Shown here piece by piece: positions 63,027 to 64,000 of a stretch of DNA of 64,000 bases. The position numbers and the translations under genes are program-made. The notes under the pieces were generated by a model that saw nothing but the letters and a program-made list of their open reading frames with translations, was not told the DNA's origin and ran no database searches. How positions within the stretch are numbered: position 1 is the first letter of the stretch; each line of letters starts with the position of its first letter. Origin of the DNA: Eledone cirrhosa (Eukaryota); contig OZ024743.1 of assembly GCA_964016885.1 (NCBI GenBank), positions 317,688,001 to 317,752,000 of the forward strand. The letters run 5' to 3'.

Positions 63027-64000
63027 ATTATATATGACAAAAAACATTATATGACAAAAAACATTATGACAAAAAACATTATATATGACAAAAAACATTA
63101 TATGACAAAACATTATATATGACAAAAAATATATGACAAACACATTATATATGACAACAAACATTATATGACAAAAAACATATGACAAAAAACATTATAT
63201 ATGACAAAAAACATTATATGACAAAAAAATATGACAAAAAACCTATATCACAAAAAACATATGACAAAAAACATATATGACAAAAAACATTATATATGAC
63301 AAAAAACACTATGACAAAAAACATTATGACAAAAAACATGTATGACAAAAACATTATACATGACAAAAAACATTATATATGACAAAAAACATTATATGAC
63401 AAAAAACATTATATATGACAAAAAACATTATATGACAAAAAACATATATGACAAAAAACATGACAAAAAACATTATATGACAAAAAACATGACAAACACA
63501 TTATATATGACAACAAACATTATATGACAAAAAACATTATGACAAAAAATATTATATATGACAAAAAACATATGACAAAAAACATGACAAAAAACATATA
63601 ACAAAAAACATTATATATGACAAAAACATTGTATGACAAAAAACACTATATGACAAAAAACATTATATATGACAAAAAACATTATGATAAAAACATATAT
63701 GACAAAAAAGATTATATATGACAAAAAACATTATATATGACAGAAAACATTATATGACAAAAAACATTATATGACAAAAAACATTCTATATGACAAAAAA
63801 CATTATATGACAAAAACATTATATATGACAAAAAACATGACAAAAAACATTATATGATAAAAAACATTATATATGACAAAAAACATTATATGCCAAAATA
63901 ATATATGACAAAAAACATGACTAACACATTATATATGACAACAAACATTATATGACAAAAAACATTATGACAAAACATTATATATGACGAAAAACATTAT

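Larger units (their letters stand above)
10235..64000. repeat. Giant AT-rich satellite array, core ATGACAAAAAAC with variable spacer (12/14/15/16/17/19-bp monomers); continues past the window end
   Basis: Continuous tandem monomers in a single orientation over about 53.8 kb, interrupted only by one RTE island and seven SINE copies. Confidence 0.99.

Noticed and set aside
10714-63527. Hundreds of short ORFs (MTKNIIYDKKHY.., MFFVIYNVFCHI..)
   Set aside because: They are translations of the satellite in shifting frames, with no unique sequence, splice structure or domain.
10235-64000. CRISPR-like repeat/spacer organisation
   Set aside because: Spacers are only 2-9 bp AT runs and are not unique. 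The SINE copies are separated by satellite. There are no cas genes and the context is eukaryotic.
10235-64000. Telomerase-made telomeric repeat
   Set aside because: The array is G-poor, unlike TTAGGG, and shows kb-scale duplications and internal insertions typical of recombination-driven satellite. A subtelomeric location cannot be excluded.

Overview
Eukaryotic, AT-rich, repeat-dominated DNA. The repeat families resemble those of coleoid cephalopods (Octopus-like); this is inferred from recall, not from a database search. Bases 1-10.2 kb are a patchwork of RTE-clade LINE copies and fragments. These include a 2.9-kb 5'-truncated copy with a PHD finger inside its reverse transcriptase, and a 47-bp minisatellite expanded from the RTE 3'UTR. 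Two short + strand exons (5207-5266, 9335-9407) splice in frame into an MFS-transporter-like peptide. From about 10,235 to the window end (about 53.8 kb) is one satellite array built from the core ATGACAAAAAAC plus a variable AT spacer (12-19 bp units), with kb-scale higher-order duplications. In the right third of the array a single tRNA-derived SINE insertion has been amplified into seven near-identical copies, and empty pre-insertion sites are still visible upstream. The array appears to lie inside an intron of the transporter gene, and its core has no GT or AG dinucleotide on the sense strand. All ORFs in the array are artefacts of the repeat. There is no CRISPR array and no prokaryotic gene.
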